A DNA stretch of 62,264 nt, filler included, from Nemertoderma westbladi (Eukaryota > Animalia > Xenacoelomorpha), in NCBI GenBank assembly GCA_032718475.1. It is 3 parts of 3 records of this genome, joined end to end, with 100 filler letters (N's around TTAATTAATTAA, not from the genome) between each part and the next. Parts side by side here need not be neighbours in the genome. Positions count along the whole stretch, not along the records: positions 24,033 to 52,511 come from JAUCBJ010008655.1; 2 more parts are not named here. One strand, given 5' to 3'. A program made the position numbers and the translations under genes. The notes below the pieces were generated by a model, which made no database searches, was not told the DNA's origin, and was given only the letters and a program-made list of their open reading frames with translations. Positions 36,690-49,280 of the stretch are shown here, one piece after another. Positions within the stretch are counted from its first letter, which is position 1, and the number at the start of each line of letters is the position of its first letter.

Positions 36690-39289
36690 ATGGACTCAAA
36701 TCGCCAAATTCTCGGCGAATTACGTAACATACTCGATTTACTGGAATATCCACAGCCTGGATCTCCTAACTTTGATACGAAATGGAACGCCCTGATAACA
36801 GAGAATGTGCGAATCATTAAATTCTCCGGGCGGGAGGAACCGGATTCCCATAATCTATGAGAGCTCCGGTTGTCCGATGTCAGTACAAGCCTGAAAAGGA
36901 CTCGGAACGCAAAGGCAACCGGAGGAGAGGAGTTGTCATTCTGGGATACGTTCCGGCGAAGCGTCTACAAATCCCGATGTTTGATATACGACAATGAGGT
37001 AAACGCGACGCCCACCTCGAAAGCGATCACGTTGGCGCGATGCCAAAGTTTTGTCGACTACAAGAGTACATACCTCGCCCACTGGGGAAACCTAGCGGAA
37101 TGTACAGCGACGCTGCGAGAGGAGCGTATATCAGTTATCCAGAACCGCGACGACTACCAGGAGAAGTATGGGACGAAGGAATACGGTCGATCATTAATCG
37201 TCGTCCTCGGAACCCTAGATGGTCTAGTGTTGATATGTCAAATATTCCCAACACCCAAACAGGAGGTGCGGACAGCAGGAGCAGTCTGGCTATTACCACC
37301 GGAGATCCAACAGATCCTATTCGATTTCAATGTTATTAAAATTGGGTCGGATATAAAGGTGGATGTCCGAAACGACTATGCTAACGCTCCCTTCAGAAGA
37401 AACCGTTGAGAAGACCTTAACACCATTAGTCACTTCGTCAACACTCAAACCCTGTTAGCCTGGTTGCGATCCACAGAATTCATGTGTGGATTCCGGGAAG
37501 TGAGACCGATGAAATCCGGTATCGGCTACCTCGTGGTGCTAAACAGCGGTATAGACTTTAAGCCTCAGAAATTCCTGAACTATAATAAGATATATGGTGC
37601 ACACCCGGAATTAGAGATAAAGAATGAGCGAGAGAATCGTTGGAAGGACGTAGAAAGAAAGTGGACGATCCACCAGAAATGGGAGAATCCGGATCGATGG
37701 AACTTTATCTACGTCACAATGGAATCATATACTGTTGCCAAGTTCATCTGTAAGACTCTCGATAAACTCATTAATGAGGTTCCTAGATCCTTTATTGACT
37801 ATGAGTGGAACGAGGTTATCGACCACGCGTTCAAAGCAGAAGAGAATATTCCACCGGGAGATACGAAAACGCTCAACGTCATCGCATCCTGGGATGATAA
37901 CGGACCGTTCGACATCCCTACGATTGTTGATCTCCTCGGTGCGGAGGAACCACTGATATCATCGGACGGGGAGGAATTATGGCTACAGGAAGGTGTCCTG
38001 CTGTCCACCCCAAAACGACAACTTGAACCGGAAGTCGCTTACGAACCAGCAGCCAAACGGGTCGCCGCGGCCGAACCTGTGATGGAAGCAGGCGTATCCA
38101 CCCCACTTGGCTCTGGTAGTCCCGCTAGTGAGTTAGTAACCACCTTCGCGCTGAGTGACTTCGGCGACACATGTCAGAGGTTATCTCCATATCCGTTCCC
38201 GGGAGGAGAAGACTGGTCTTCAGAGATCCTGAGTACCAGCACCCAGCGGACCCGCTCAGTTATACAGGTTGCGAAGGGTCCCAGCGTTGCTCCAACCCCT
38301 ATAGACCTCCTCGGAATTCCCCCGGCGAACGCCCCAGCACCCCTTCGCCGACCGGCTGTGGCAACGGCCCCCTCCGTTCAACAAGACCCTATGCGACTTA
38401 CCCGATGGTACGCCGAACAAACCGAGTGGATCCACCGCCAGAAACAGGCTCCCGGGACGCGACCGGCGGGCTATAAGGAAGGTTATCGTAGCGAGAACAT
38501 ACTCCGCCAAAGCCCAGCATTCCGCGGGCTACCGGCAACTGCGAGTATCCCCAAAAGTGACCGACGGCTGGAGTATTACGCCGGCGTACCGATCCCGATA
38601 TTCTTCGGCCGGGAGATGCAACTGGAGGTGTGCGGAAACTGCGGTTTGGAACAGTGTCCGCGCGGAAGGAGAAATCGGGTTACCGATTCGTGCCTCCAGC
38701 TACTTGGGATACTTTACTGTCCCTATTGCGCGATATCGGGCCACATGTTTCGGTTTGTCCTACCCTTTACAACCTCTGCACAAAATGCGGTTTCCGTGGA
38801 CATTCCGAGAGCCCCCGTTGTAACATAAAGTGTCCTACTAAGGACATAACAGCTATGGGAAATATGGTTATGTTTGAAACCTACGCCAATAACCACATAA
38901 AGACCAAAGTACATAGAAATGCTCGAAATATCGTGCAAGAGATGGCGTGCGGATACTTCTTGTTCCCAGAACGCCTCCATACGACAGCGATGCTACCATT
39001 CCATTATGTGGATCTACTATTGGGCGCTGGATTATTCGGTCCCTTCGAGATCCTCAGGCGCTTATACTCCTACAAAGAAGAATTCGGTGACGGAAAGTGG
39101 TTTCTAGAGGCACGCACTACCGAGTTGGAGAGACGGACGGACATGATCCCGCTACCATCCAAAGGAAGGGCCGCCAGGAGACAAGCTGCAGCGATGCTCG
39201 CGATGGACGTTGACGCTCCCCTACCTGCACTGGCGATCGACGAGAGTAGACGGGTGAAGAGAAGGAAAGCGTATCAGAGTAAGAAATAA
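36690..39289 (+). pseudogene. Extra ORF inside BEL element: putative DEDDy (WRN/EXD-like) 3'-5' exonuclease + CCHC zinc knuckles
   Basis: One frame from ATG 36690 through TGA 36858 and TGA 37407, then a 1-nt frameshift near 38745. Motifs IYDNE, LPPEIQQILFDFNVIKIGSDIKVD, W..FIYVTME, CPYCAISGHxVSVC and CTKCGFRGH. Confidence 0.7.
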
Positions 39290-39466
39290 AGGACCAGGAT
39301 ATTCTATGGACATTTATATCGAACATTTATTTTTATATCTACATAAACTAACTCTAGGAAAAATTAATCAGGACTATGCAATATTAAAATTTGGGTTTTT
39401 TATATGGGGAAATGACCTACGCAAACTTGATCTACCGATAAACCTCACGAAGGTCATTGGGGGGAC

Positions 39467-40770
39467 TGTTCGCGGTATTTCAACTTTTCATAACGCGAGT
39501 TGAATATTTTTTGGATTTATTTATAATGAATATTCCAATATCAGTACTGGGTGCGGGAACATGGAATTTGGGTACATTCAATGGACTGGGGGCGATTCAT
39601 GGGCGAATATTGGGGCGACTTACGGGGCACAGAACTCATATCAGATATTTAAGGGCCAAGGGCGGTAGGCAAAATCAAGCAGTACTCAGGTTTACCTGAT
39701 ACTATTAGGCCTAGCCAATTTCCTGCTGCCTGTAGAGGTGGATTTGGTAACTCGCTAGGCCTAGGGACAAGGACTGCCCTTAGCGGTCCCTGGCCAACAG
39801 CAGTTATTACGAAAACTCGAAAGGACTCGGAAAGTCTACTGATTGTGTCAGGGATTTGCGATGGGAACCGACAGACAAAACCTTAGCGGTCCCTGGTGAC
39901 CGGCAGTTATTACGAGCCTGAATAGGGACTCGGAAAGCTTGCCGACTGCACCGGGGACTTGCGACGGATCGACCGACTAAACGGAGGAAGGGATCGACGA
40001 GGACTGCCTTCCTGGAGTGGGTTCCACGACCGGCATTAGTACGAGCCTGAATAAGGACTCGGAAAGCTACCGAAAGTTGGGACTCACAACAGGCTGACAG
40101 ACCCCTTGCCAAGCCGTACCGCTTTCCTGATGACCGATCCATTTGGGGTTTGGGAAGGGTGGGACGGACACGCAATGGCGTCGAAAGACAAAGGACCATA
40201 CGCTACTGGCGTACCGACTATTCGGAGCAGCTTCTCGGCTACCGAAGCGACTACGAGCCAGAAAGGGACTCGGTAAGCTTAGGTGGTTGGGACCCTGCGA
40301 TGAACCGACAGACCCTTAGCCAAGCCGTACCGCTTTCCTGATGACCGATCCCTTTGGGGTTCGGGAAGGGTGGGATGGACACGCAACAGGGTCGACCGAC
40401 ACCGACACTACGGCACCGAGACTAGGACCGAGGGAAAATGGGGAACATTAGTTAGGTTAAAATCTAAAGCGAACAGTGGGTAATTAAATAATGTATTGTA
40501 GGAATTTATATGTTCGTATATTATTGTGAATATTTGGTGTATATTGGTGTGGGGAAGCCCAACTTATTCTCAATCAAGATTCAACTGTAGGAAAGTTGCA
40601 TTAAAAGATTATATCCAACCAATGCAACGTTTTCTCAATTGCAATCTTGCATCTCAGAAAGGACTCCTTCTCCACTCCCAATATCCGGTGACTGGCCAGA
40701 ATCCCGTGGTCTGAAAATTCCGCCTCCAGCATCGGCGTTTTTCCCCATGGTGTCGGGAATAATGGCAACA
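39467..40770 (+). repeat. BEL 3' LTR (~1.3 kb) with internal repeats
   Basis: Starts TGTT right after the GGGGGGAC PPT and ends AACA. The 3' half matches the 5' LTR remnant. Confidence 0.85.
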
Positions 40771-41529
40771 TTTACAATAAAAAAAACCTATTTTAGAATG
40801 GATTTATTTTCCTATTCAGTAATTTAATTACGCAATTTGGTTTTTTAGTCTATAATGCTTTTCATCTTTGTGGTATCACGAAATCAGTCATTACTGCATT
40901 AGTTAGCATGCCACTACCACTACTGCATTATCTGACTATCAGACAGTGCAGCAGTGGAGAGGTCTCTCATCTCTCTGTCTATCCTCCATCCTGCTATCCG
41001 CTGTTAGCTTCTGGTCGATATAGAATACAGGAATAATAGTGAGCAATATAGGCCAATAAAAAAAAACTTACCAGTATCAATTAGGCAGAGGCAGATAGGC
41101 CTACCCTAATTTTTAACCTGCGGTATTTTTCAGACCACCGTGTTACTCCAAAAGTTAAACACACCCAAGGGGCGTTTTTTTAATGTAAATTTTCATATTA
41201 TAGCTCGTTATAGGTGGTTATAGCTTGTTTATAGGAAGTTATAGCCCGTTATAGATCGTTATACCTTTTAGTACGTACCCATTATACTGCCTTCTGATCC
41301 GCGGACCGAGGTACCCAAATTGCAGATTTTAGTTACCGGTATGTAATATTAACAGTCTGACAGTACATCGGCATAATAGATTTTTGTATAATATAATCAT
41401 GTACAATTAAATACAGAAATATACTGTACCGTAGCGTGGAGTAACATGAGACACTTTTTTCGGAATTTATTTAATATATTTTGATATAATAAGAATAATC
41501 ACTAAAGTTTATTAGTTTTTGAAAGGAAA

Positions 41530-41650
41530 TACACGAGTTGTTTTAGCAAAACAAGTCGTGCGCACGAGTTGTTTCTGAAGTAACAAGTCGTGCGCACGAC
41601 TTGTTTTAGCAAAAAAAAAAATTCGTTGTTGGCCCTTCAGTGCCACCATA
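41530..41650. mobile_element. Terminal fragment of an IS3EU-type element
   Basis: GTCGTGCGCACGA repeats and a ...CCCTTCAGTGCCACCATA end resembling the reverse complement of the terminus at 50760. Confidence 0.5.
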
Positions 41651-42267
41651 GAGATGAGACAATGTGCATATTTTAAAAAAATTTGCCATAAAACAAACCC
41701 CATATATTCAATACATGGATAGTTTGTTTTACAGCAATTTTCATTATTTTTATAACAAAATTAGTGAAGATAAACATAAGATTGTTTAGTTAAGTAGAAA
41801 GTAGACCAATATTAGAAATGTATTATTAACAATTAGACATTATTACTGAATTATATACGGTTCTGACTGCTACAGTAGCTACTTACTGCATTACTACATT
41901 ACAATTATTATTACAAATGTGAATATTAATAAACAGAGTTTTAGTGAAGTTTAAAAAGTAAGTCACTTAAGTTTCTGTGTAGATAAAATAATGGCACCCG
42001 GATTTTTATATACAGTAGAAGTAGACCAATATTAGAAAATTACGCTGCATATTATTCAGTTAAGTAGACAAACATTAGAAATCGTATTATTAACAATTCC
42101 ACCTTATTTATTACTGTATTATGTGCTGCATTATATTACAATTATTGCAAATATGAATATTAAATAAACAAAGTTTTTGTTGAGTTTAAAACCGCAAGCC
42201 TAAGTTATCTTATTTAATTATACTATACATGCGTTCGCGTTGCATTTGTTATCTTACGTGCGTCAAG

Positions 42268-43405
42268 ATAGATAGATAGATAGATAGATTTATTTATACA
42301 TTATGTAAAAACAATAACAAATACACCAAACAATGTACCGGTATAAAGGTATTGTCCAACATAACATATAGGATTACCCCTAAAGCTTTGCAGCTTATTT
42401 CCAAGGGGGTCCTTTATGTTACTTGGTTACAAATACAATATTACACTACGCTAACCTAAAACCAATATAAAACGTAATTACACTATGTACATGTGCAACT
42501 TTACCGAGAGCGTGACAATGTCCTACTCAACGATAAAGATGTAATGTACAGAACAATTTATTATAAAACGTAATTACAGTATAAATAGTAAATAATTAAT
42601 AAACTAATAACTTACTGTAGGACTATTGTACCTATTTTTACATTGCACACGGAGGTGAGATTTAACAGCAGATTTAAAAGAATGTTGATTATTTAGGTTT
42701 TTAATTTCATTAGGCAGAGCGATCCAATTTTTAATGCCGTTAAAAAAGAAAGTATCAGATTCAAAGGATTTACAATTCGGGAGGTATAAGTTTGAAGCAC
42801 TAGCTCTGGTACTGTAAGAGTGTGTATCGCGTACTCTGTTGAATTTTTGTTTTAGGTAATTGGGACATTTACCATTATACACTTTATGCACATGGTTAAG
42901 GCGTAGCTGCTTAACTCTACTACCTAAGTTAAGTAGTCCAGATTCAGAAAAGTCATCTGGAGTTAGGTGGTGCCTAGGTTTGTAGTCTTTAATAAATCGT
43001 ACTACTTTATTCTGAGCTACTTGTAATTTACATTTAAGCTGTTTGGTTAAGCCTTCATACCAAGAAGAGCACGCATAGTCCATGTGACACTGTATTAAAT
43101 AAGAGCAAAGTAACTTGCGGGAGTCGGTGTTTAAACTATTTTTATTTCTGTATAGAAACCTAAGCCTACTGTTAACTTTCGAGAAATATTTTTCACTGTG
43201 CTTTCCCCTGATAAGCAGTTATCCAATGTGGCGCCAAATATTTAACTTCCTTTTTATTTTCAATCTATGTCCATTACTAGTGACTTCAAACTTAGTTACC
43301 TTCTTTAACTTTCTTTTGGAACTAAACAAAATACTTTCAGTCTTACCGTAGTGAATGGATAGCTTATTATCAACCAACCACTCATTACAGGATTCTAGAA
43401 CCATC
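42268..43405 (-). mobile_element. 3' fragment of an L2/Crack-like LINE
   Basis: WLVDNKLSIHYGKTESILF, DYACSSWY, KLQVAQNKVVR, HSYSTR and W.ALPNEIK..FK segments. AATAAA plus a (TCTA)n tail. Confidence 0.85.
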
Positions 43406-44313
43406 AAACCGTCAAACCATTAGTGTCTCAAGTCACCCCAAAATAGAGGTACTGATCAATTATTCGCTGCTAACCTTAAACAAAGAAGAATTGATAGAAA
43501 ACTAAAATCAAATTATAAAGATAAAAGGTTGCTGAATATAATGTAAAAAAACACAACTGAGGAAAGGAATGTGTATCCGTTGCAATCTGAAATTTTTTGG
43601 GCTATTGAAAAGTGGAGTAAAAAACCGAAACTCTTTTTCTCAATTAACTTCGAATAGTGTCTAATATTATGGTAGTAATTAGTATATTTACATAGGCGAA
43701 CTATTTAGCTTTCAGGAAATGCTTTTTCCAACCGCACTGATAATCAACTGTCTTCGCATAATCACACTTCAACATTATTTATAAATTGCTGTCTCAAGTC
43801 TCCCCCTAGTCTCATGTCACCCCACGCTACGGTATATGTTCTTTGCCCACTATAGACTAGATGTTTGAATATTTATAAATTACAACATTGTAAAATGTAA
43901 ATCAGCTATTGTTTTAAAATTCTACAGCTTTACTGTACCGGACCTAAGACCTAACAATAACCTGTGAATAAATCAGATGATGTATGATGAATTACCCCCC
44001 CCCCCCCCCCCCCCCTTTCCCAACATAACATGTAGGGCCTATGTGTTAATATAATATACCCTACATTGATGTGAGGAGCTGTGTAATATAAATATTAGTA
44101 AGCCAGCCCTATGACAGATGTGTACTGTACCATACCTAACATGTTGTTAGATGAAGTGTTAATTAACAGTAATAACCATGTGGTTGTAGTGGCCAGTTGT
44201 AAGTCATCATAAATCTTCGTTTGAGCCGATCTGCTGAACCCCCTCCCTCCCGTCTAATATACCCGAAATAACATGTTCGTGTACCAGCTGTTCTGATGTA
44301 CTAGTACAGTACC

Positions 44314-47300
44314 TGTGAGCTATTGTACATACAGTAGTTTTATTATGCCTTGCTACCTGTAGATGGCGCTAGGCTAGCATTTATTATCTTTAGGTTTTCT
44401 TGCTGTAGTACTGTACACCGCGGCCTACATGAAGCCACGGCCCTACTGTAGTTGGTGTACCGGTACCATATATTATATGCGATATACTGATATGCATGAT
44501 ACATGGCGCAGTAATGTGTAGGATCACCCTACGCAGTTCTCTGAACCCCTCCCCCTCCCACGGGACTAGTAAATAGGGATTAAACCATGCCGGACCCTCA
44601 TGGGTGCCTCATGGCCTTCACTGGTTCCTTCCCTCCCCACTAAACTCATCCGGGGCTGTTAAGGATTTTTCCTCTCCCCGATGCCACACAAGAAACTGCA
44701 GCAAGACCGCAGTGAGCAGGGCTCGATACGATGGTGCCACGGAGGAGGCCGCTGGCTGCGTTGCCCCGCCACTCAACCTGGACTCCCTCGCGCGCATCCT
44801 GCAGGCCCAGTCCGAGGCCGCGGACCCGCGCAGCCGAGTCCGAGGCGCGAATTCTCCACTTCCTGCAGCAGGCGCCTGGCAATGCTGCTATACAGCCAGC
44901 CCACGCCGCGCCCCACGCAACCAACCCACCGAACGCCTTAACACGGCTTAATCGACACCTCGTCGATGGACAAAGTGGACTGCAAGATGTCCTATGCCAC
45001 CTTCCGATGGTGGCGTGCAGCCTGGCAGGTGAACTGCCAGCACCAACAGGTCGACACCTACCCCCGACAGACTCAGGTCTACTCGCTCCTCGCAGCTCTT
45101 GGGGGGGCGATACAGGAAATGATCCGGGTTACCCTCCGGATTGAAATAAATGACTGCTCCCCTTCGGTATAAACCCCTTCGGCCCCTCCTCAGTTCCAGG
45201 AACCAGTTCCTGTGGAACGACGACCATGAGCGGGCGTTTGAAGATACGAAGGCGCGACTCGTGACGACACCCATTCGTGACGACCCGGCACTAGACACGG
45301 TGCTGGAGATGGACTCCTCGCAACTACACAGCCTCGGATACGCGCTGCTCTAGCGCCATGACTCCGACTGGTGACTCATTGAGTGCGGATCTCGGTTCGT
45401 CACCAACACTTAATCCCGGTATGTGATGGTGGAGCTGGAACTGCTCGCACTCGTCTGGGCTGTGGAGAAATGCCAACTATATCTGTTGGGCCTCCCACAC
45501 TTTACCGCGGTTGTCGACCATCAACCCCTCATTACCATAGTGGATAAATATACATAGGACGTGATGGACAATACGCGACTCCAACGGCTCAAAACCCGCT
45601 TGGCGCCGTACTCATTCTCCATGATGTGGTGCAAGGGCAAGGAACACAGAAACCCGGATGCCCTATCCCAGTCCCCCGTCGACGACCCCACTCCCACCGA
45701 CATCGCGGATGATGGCGAGATGGCCGTCTATGTCTGGGCCGTCACCGAGTCTGTCGCTCGCTACCAACCTCGATGATGCCGTCCATGGCCGACTACCAGA
45801 CCCCCTCCTCGTCCAGTTGTCCCGCTTGGCGCACGATGACGACGACTACTGCACCCTAAGATCCGCAGTCGAGTCCGGGTTCCCCAACGCCGCCGCACAC
45901 GGCTCCGGCGTCCGCCCGTATTGGGGCATTCGAGAGGAGCTAACGACCGATGGCGATCTCGTTCTGTACGGCTCCCGCATAGTCGTCCCGGCCATGGCAT
46001 GGCGTGACGCACTCTCGCGCATACACTCCGCTCACCAAGGCATCGAGAAGTCGCTACGATGCGCCGCCAACTCCTATATCTGGGCGCATGCAGCTCATGT
46101 CTGACTCACCACGCCAGCCAACCGAAGGAGCCCCTCATTGCCGACCCTCTCCCGAATCGGCCATTCGAGGAAATCGCGGCCGACTTCTTCAAGCACACGG
46201 GTCGACACTTCCTGGCTGTGGTCGACCGATATTCGGGATGGTCCGAGATTGCCCCATTTCCCGAACCCCCCACCTCGATCACGACCGCGAAGGCCATGCG
46301 AGAAATTTTCACCCGCTTCAGTTTCCCCACCCACTTTCAGTCAGACTTTCAGCCCGTTCGTATCATTCCTCCACAATTGGGGCATCATCAAATGACTTCA
46401 TCGCCGGAATACCCCCAATCGAACGGGCTGGCAGAATCCGCAGTAAAGGCGCTCAAGGGCCTCCTAGACAAGACCAGGGGGGACGTCTCTTCGACACCCT
46501 TCCTAGAAGGCCTCCTCGAACTACGAAACTCACCACGGGAGCACGGACTATCCCCCACTGAAATCTTGTTTGGACACCCTGTCCGCACTCGGGTTCCCGG
46601 ACACCACTCCACCTTCACGCGCACCCACCAGGCAGCACGGACAGCCCTTGACCTCACAATACCCACCATCATGGCAAGCCTCAAACGGACCTACAAACGC
46701 GGAGCCCGGACACTCCCCACCCTCGCAGTCAGCGATCCTGTCCGAATCCAGCACCCACGAACCGGACACTGGGACCGGGCCGGCACCATTGCCAAAACCC
46801 GGCCCCTCCGTAAATACGTAGTCCGATTGCCATCCGGACGTTCCCTTGCCCGGAACCGCCACCACCTGTTGCGGGACACCTCCGCCACATCGGACACCAT
46901 GAGCTCGGACACCACCACCAGGGACACGACGCCGGGCACGGAACCCTCACCCAAGTGTGTCCATTGGTCCCCCACCTTGGTGACCACCAAACCCATCCCC
47001 GTGCGCACCACTCCCACTACTGATCGTTACAAGCGGCGACAACGGCGCCCCCAGCGGCTCTGGGGTACAACCCGTAATTCACGGACTGAAACTGAAAGTA
47101 ATTTGAGCCTTGCTTGTGCTGCGCGATGGACCGAACACGCCAGCACCCGGACTTTCGGACACTTACGGACATTATGATAGCCCCAGAAAAGTATTCCTGG
47201 GACTCGAAAGGGGATGTGAGCTATTGTACATACAGTTGTTTTATTACGCCTTGCTACCTGTTGATAGCGCTAGGCTAGCATTTATTATCTTTAGGTTTTC

Positions 47301-47398
47301 TTGCTGTAGTACTGTACACCACGGCCTACATGAAGCCGCGGCCCTACTGTAGTTGGTGTACCGGTACCATATATTATATGCGATATATGCATGATACA
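44314..47398 (+). mobile_element. Internally deleted Gypsy LTR retrotransposon
   Basis: LTRs 44314-44503 and 47215-47398 (TG...CA), 5-bp TSD GTACC, PBS TGGCGCAGT and PPT GAAAGGGGA. Confidence 0.95.
45150..46900 (+). pseudogene. Gypsy RNase H and integrase remnants (RT and protease deleted)
   Basis: FLWNDDHERAFE, MDSS..LGYALL, ELELLALVWA, DHQPL, NPDALS, HSAHQGIEK, PFEEIAADFF, VVDRYSGW, SSPEYPQSNGLAESAVK. Multiple stops and frameshifts. Confidence 0.9.
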
Positions 47399-47705
47399 GT
47401 ACCCGACCTATCATGCTGTAAGGTCATGTGTAAATGCTTAAATGTGATGAATTAAAGATTAGAGTTAGGCCTAATTAGTTAATCTCTTCAACTACGGAAC
47501 TAAGGCATAGAGTCCACAGGTCAGTCCAAAGTCACCATTAATTAAAAACGTAAACTCTGAATTGAAGCTTAAACTTATAGGCCTACACATCTAGTACAGT
47601 AGTAGGACTACTTCAGTACCGGTACTTCAGTACTACTACTACATCCTCGCTAACGCTCTTATTTTAAAACATGTCGGACTGCTTTCGTGGAGCACAGCTT
47701 AGCTA

Positions 47706-48801
47706 CTACTACTAGGATCGGCATGCTGCATTGCAGCTGCATTTTTAAGAATGCTGTGCCGGCTTATCGACAAAATTGCACCGCCACAACTCCCTATCAC
47801 CCATGACATTTGCTAGATCATCCGCATCTTCAAGGCCAGTGTCCTTTAAGATGCGTCTCAAGAAAGTCATGGGCTGTCCACCATGCTTATTCACTCCATG
47901 AGGCTGCCAAAGTACAAGATTATGCACTGGCTGGTCCTCACGGCGAAAGCAATGTCCTGCAAAGCGGAGGCGATTTTGTTCTAGTGTCAAGCTTGGGGGA
48001 ACCAATGAGACACCTCCAATGTTATATAGTGTCTGGTTGGAGATGTGTGCATTGTACTTGACACAATGAACCCGGCGTAGCATTCTTGTGAATGTGCCAT
48101 CCAGAGATTTGGAGTCCTCAGCAGTTAGAGCCCAGCATGGACTCCCATAGAGGAGTACTGGAACTACTGCTGCTCTAAATAATCGGACCTTAAGTGTCCG
48201 ATTAATTCTTGGTGACTTCCAAATCCTGGAAAGCCTATTCAAGGCTGCCCATGCCTTTCCCTTACGTATTCGAAGGTCCTCACCTGACTTCCGGATCCAT
48301 GATCCCAGATAACAGAAGTCATCCACATGCTCAAGCATACCATCTTTTGAGCTTATGCTCATCCGATCAGAGACTTGCTGAGGACTTTCAAAGTTAACTG
48401 TCAAAATTTTGGTCTTTCTTGAGTTAATAAAAAGACCAACACTAGAAGCTGCATCTTCTAATGAGCTGAGGAGCCATTGGGCTCCCTCTAGTGATTCTGA
48501 GAGTACTCCTAAGTCATCAGCAAAGTCTAGATCAGTTAGGTACTTGGCAGGATTTCCTCGCCTTCTGGAGCCAGTAGGTGGAGTTATCATCACCCCATCA
48601 TCATAATGATGATCTAAGGACATGCGTAGAACATAGTCAACAACAATTATGAACAAGAATGGTGCAAGTGTGTCTCCCTGGAGGACGCCCCATAACACTT
48701 CAAATGGTTCTGTGTCACCGTCAACAGTAGACACAAATGTTGTCGAACCATCGTATACTGATCTGATTGCTGCAATAATTTCATCAGGAACCCCATATAA
48801 T
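47706..48801 (-). mobile_element. 5'-truncated RTE-clade LINE (ORF 47745-48734 region, RT C-half)
   Basis: GVLQGDTLAP, FADD, YLGS and RLRFAGH motifs. 9-bp TSD GCTTAGCTA at 47697-47705 and 48802-48810. (TAG)n tail. Confidence 0.92.
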
Positions 48802-49170
48802 GCTTAGCTAATTCGGTTAAATACAGTAGGCCCTACAGCAGTAGATTGAGCACAGTGGCTGGCTGGCTGCAGATGGTGGTTTGACAGATGGGACCATACA
48901 GCCATAGCCTTGCTTCTATACAAACGTGTATAGAAGGCTATGGATGGGACAGCTATTGTCAGTCAGCCCTTACTACGACTTTTGTTATTGATAGTAACAA
49001 TGTGTTAGCAGGCTGTATTTTTCGAGGTGTTTGTTATTATACAGCTTTCCAATACATTGTTACTATCAATAATACAAATCAGGGGCTAATAAAATATGGA
49101 ATTAATACTCCATATCTCAAGAACCCAAAAACCTAAAATAATGGAATTAATACGCCATATCTCAAGAACC

Positions 49171-49280
49171 TGTGGCTTAGTGGTTGTAGTCTCGACTTCC
49201 ACTTCGAGGTCCCCGGTTCGAATCCGACACCACGCTGATGAGACGAGACCCAGTAAGGTCGAAACGCGTACATCGTTTGG
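49171..49280 (+). mobile_element. tRNA(Gly-like)-derived SINE head followed by hammerhead-like motif
   Basis: A box TGGCTTAGTGG (49173), anticodon-like arm with TCC, B box GGTTCGAATCC (49215), then CTGATGA...GACC/GGTC-GAAACGCGTA. Confidence 0.6.

Larger units (their letters stand above)
29239..40770 (+). mobile_element. BEL/Pao LTR retrotransposon, non-autonomous (no RT/RNase H), with extra 3' ORF
   Basis: Matching LTR sequences 29239-29929 and 40080-40770, BEL-type gag, protease and integrase, and a G-rich PPT before TGT at 39467. Confidence 0.93.
41429..43832. mobile_element. Non-autonomous Tc1/mariner-pogo-type element with nested insertions
   Basis: TIR CCGTAGCGTGG(A/G)GT(A/G)ACATGAGAC at both ends, each flanked by TA. 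Subterminal GTCTCAAGTC motifs. Confidence 0.8.

Noticed and set aside
1105-37409. Several in-frame TGA stops suggesting a variant genetic code or readthrough
   Set aside because: TAA/TAG stops and frameshifts also interrupt the BEL element, and single TGG/CGA-to-TGA changes explain the TE cases. Only the GPx TGA sits at a known Sec site.
36690-39289. env gene interpretation of the BEL extra ORF
   Set aside because: No signal peptide or transmembrane anchor visible; exonuclease and knuckle motifs are present instead.
49171-49235. Functional tRNA-Gly gene
   Set aside because: No convincing acceptor stem or oligo-T terminator, and an irregular anticodon arm; better explained as a SINE head.
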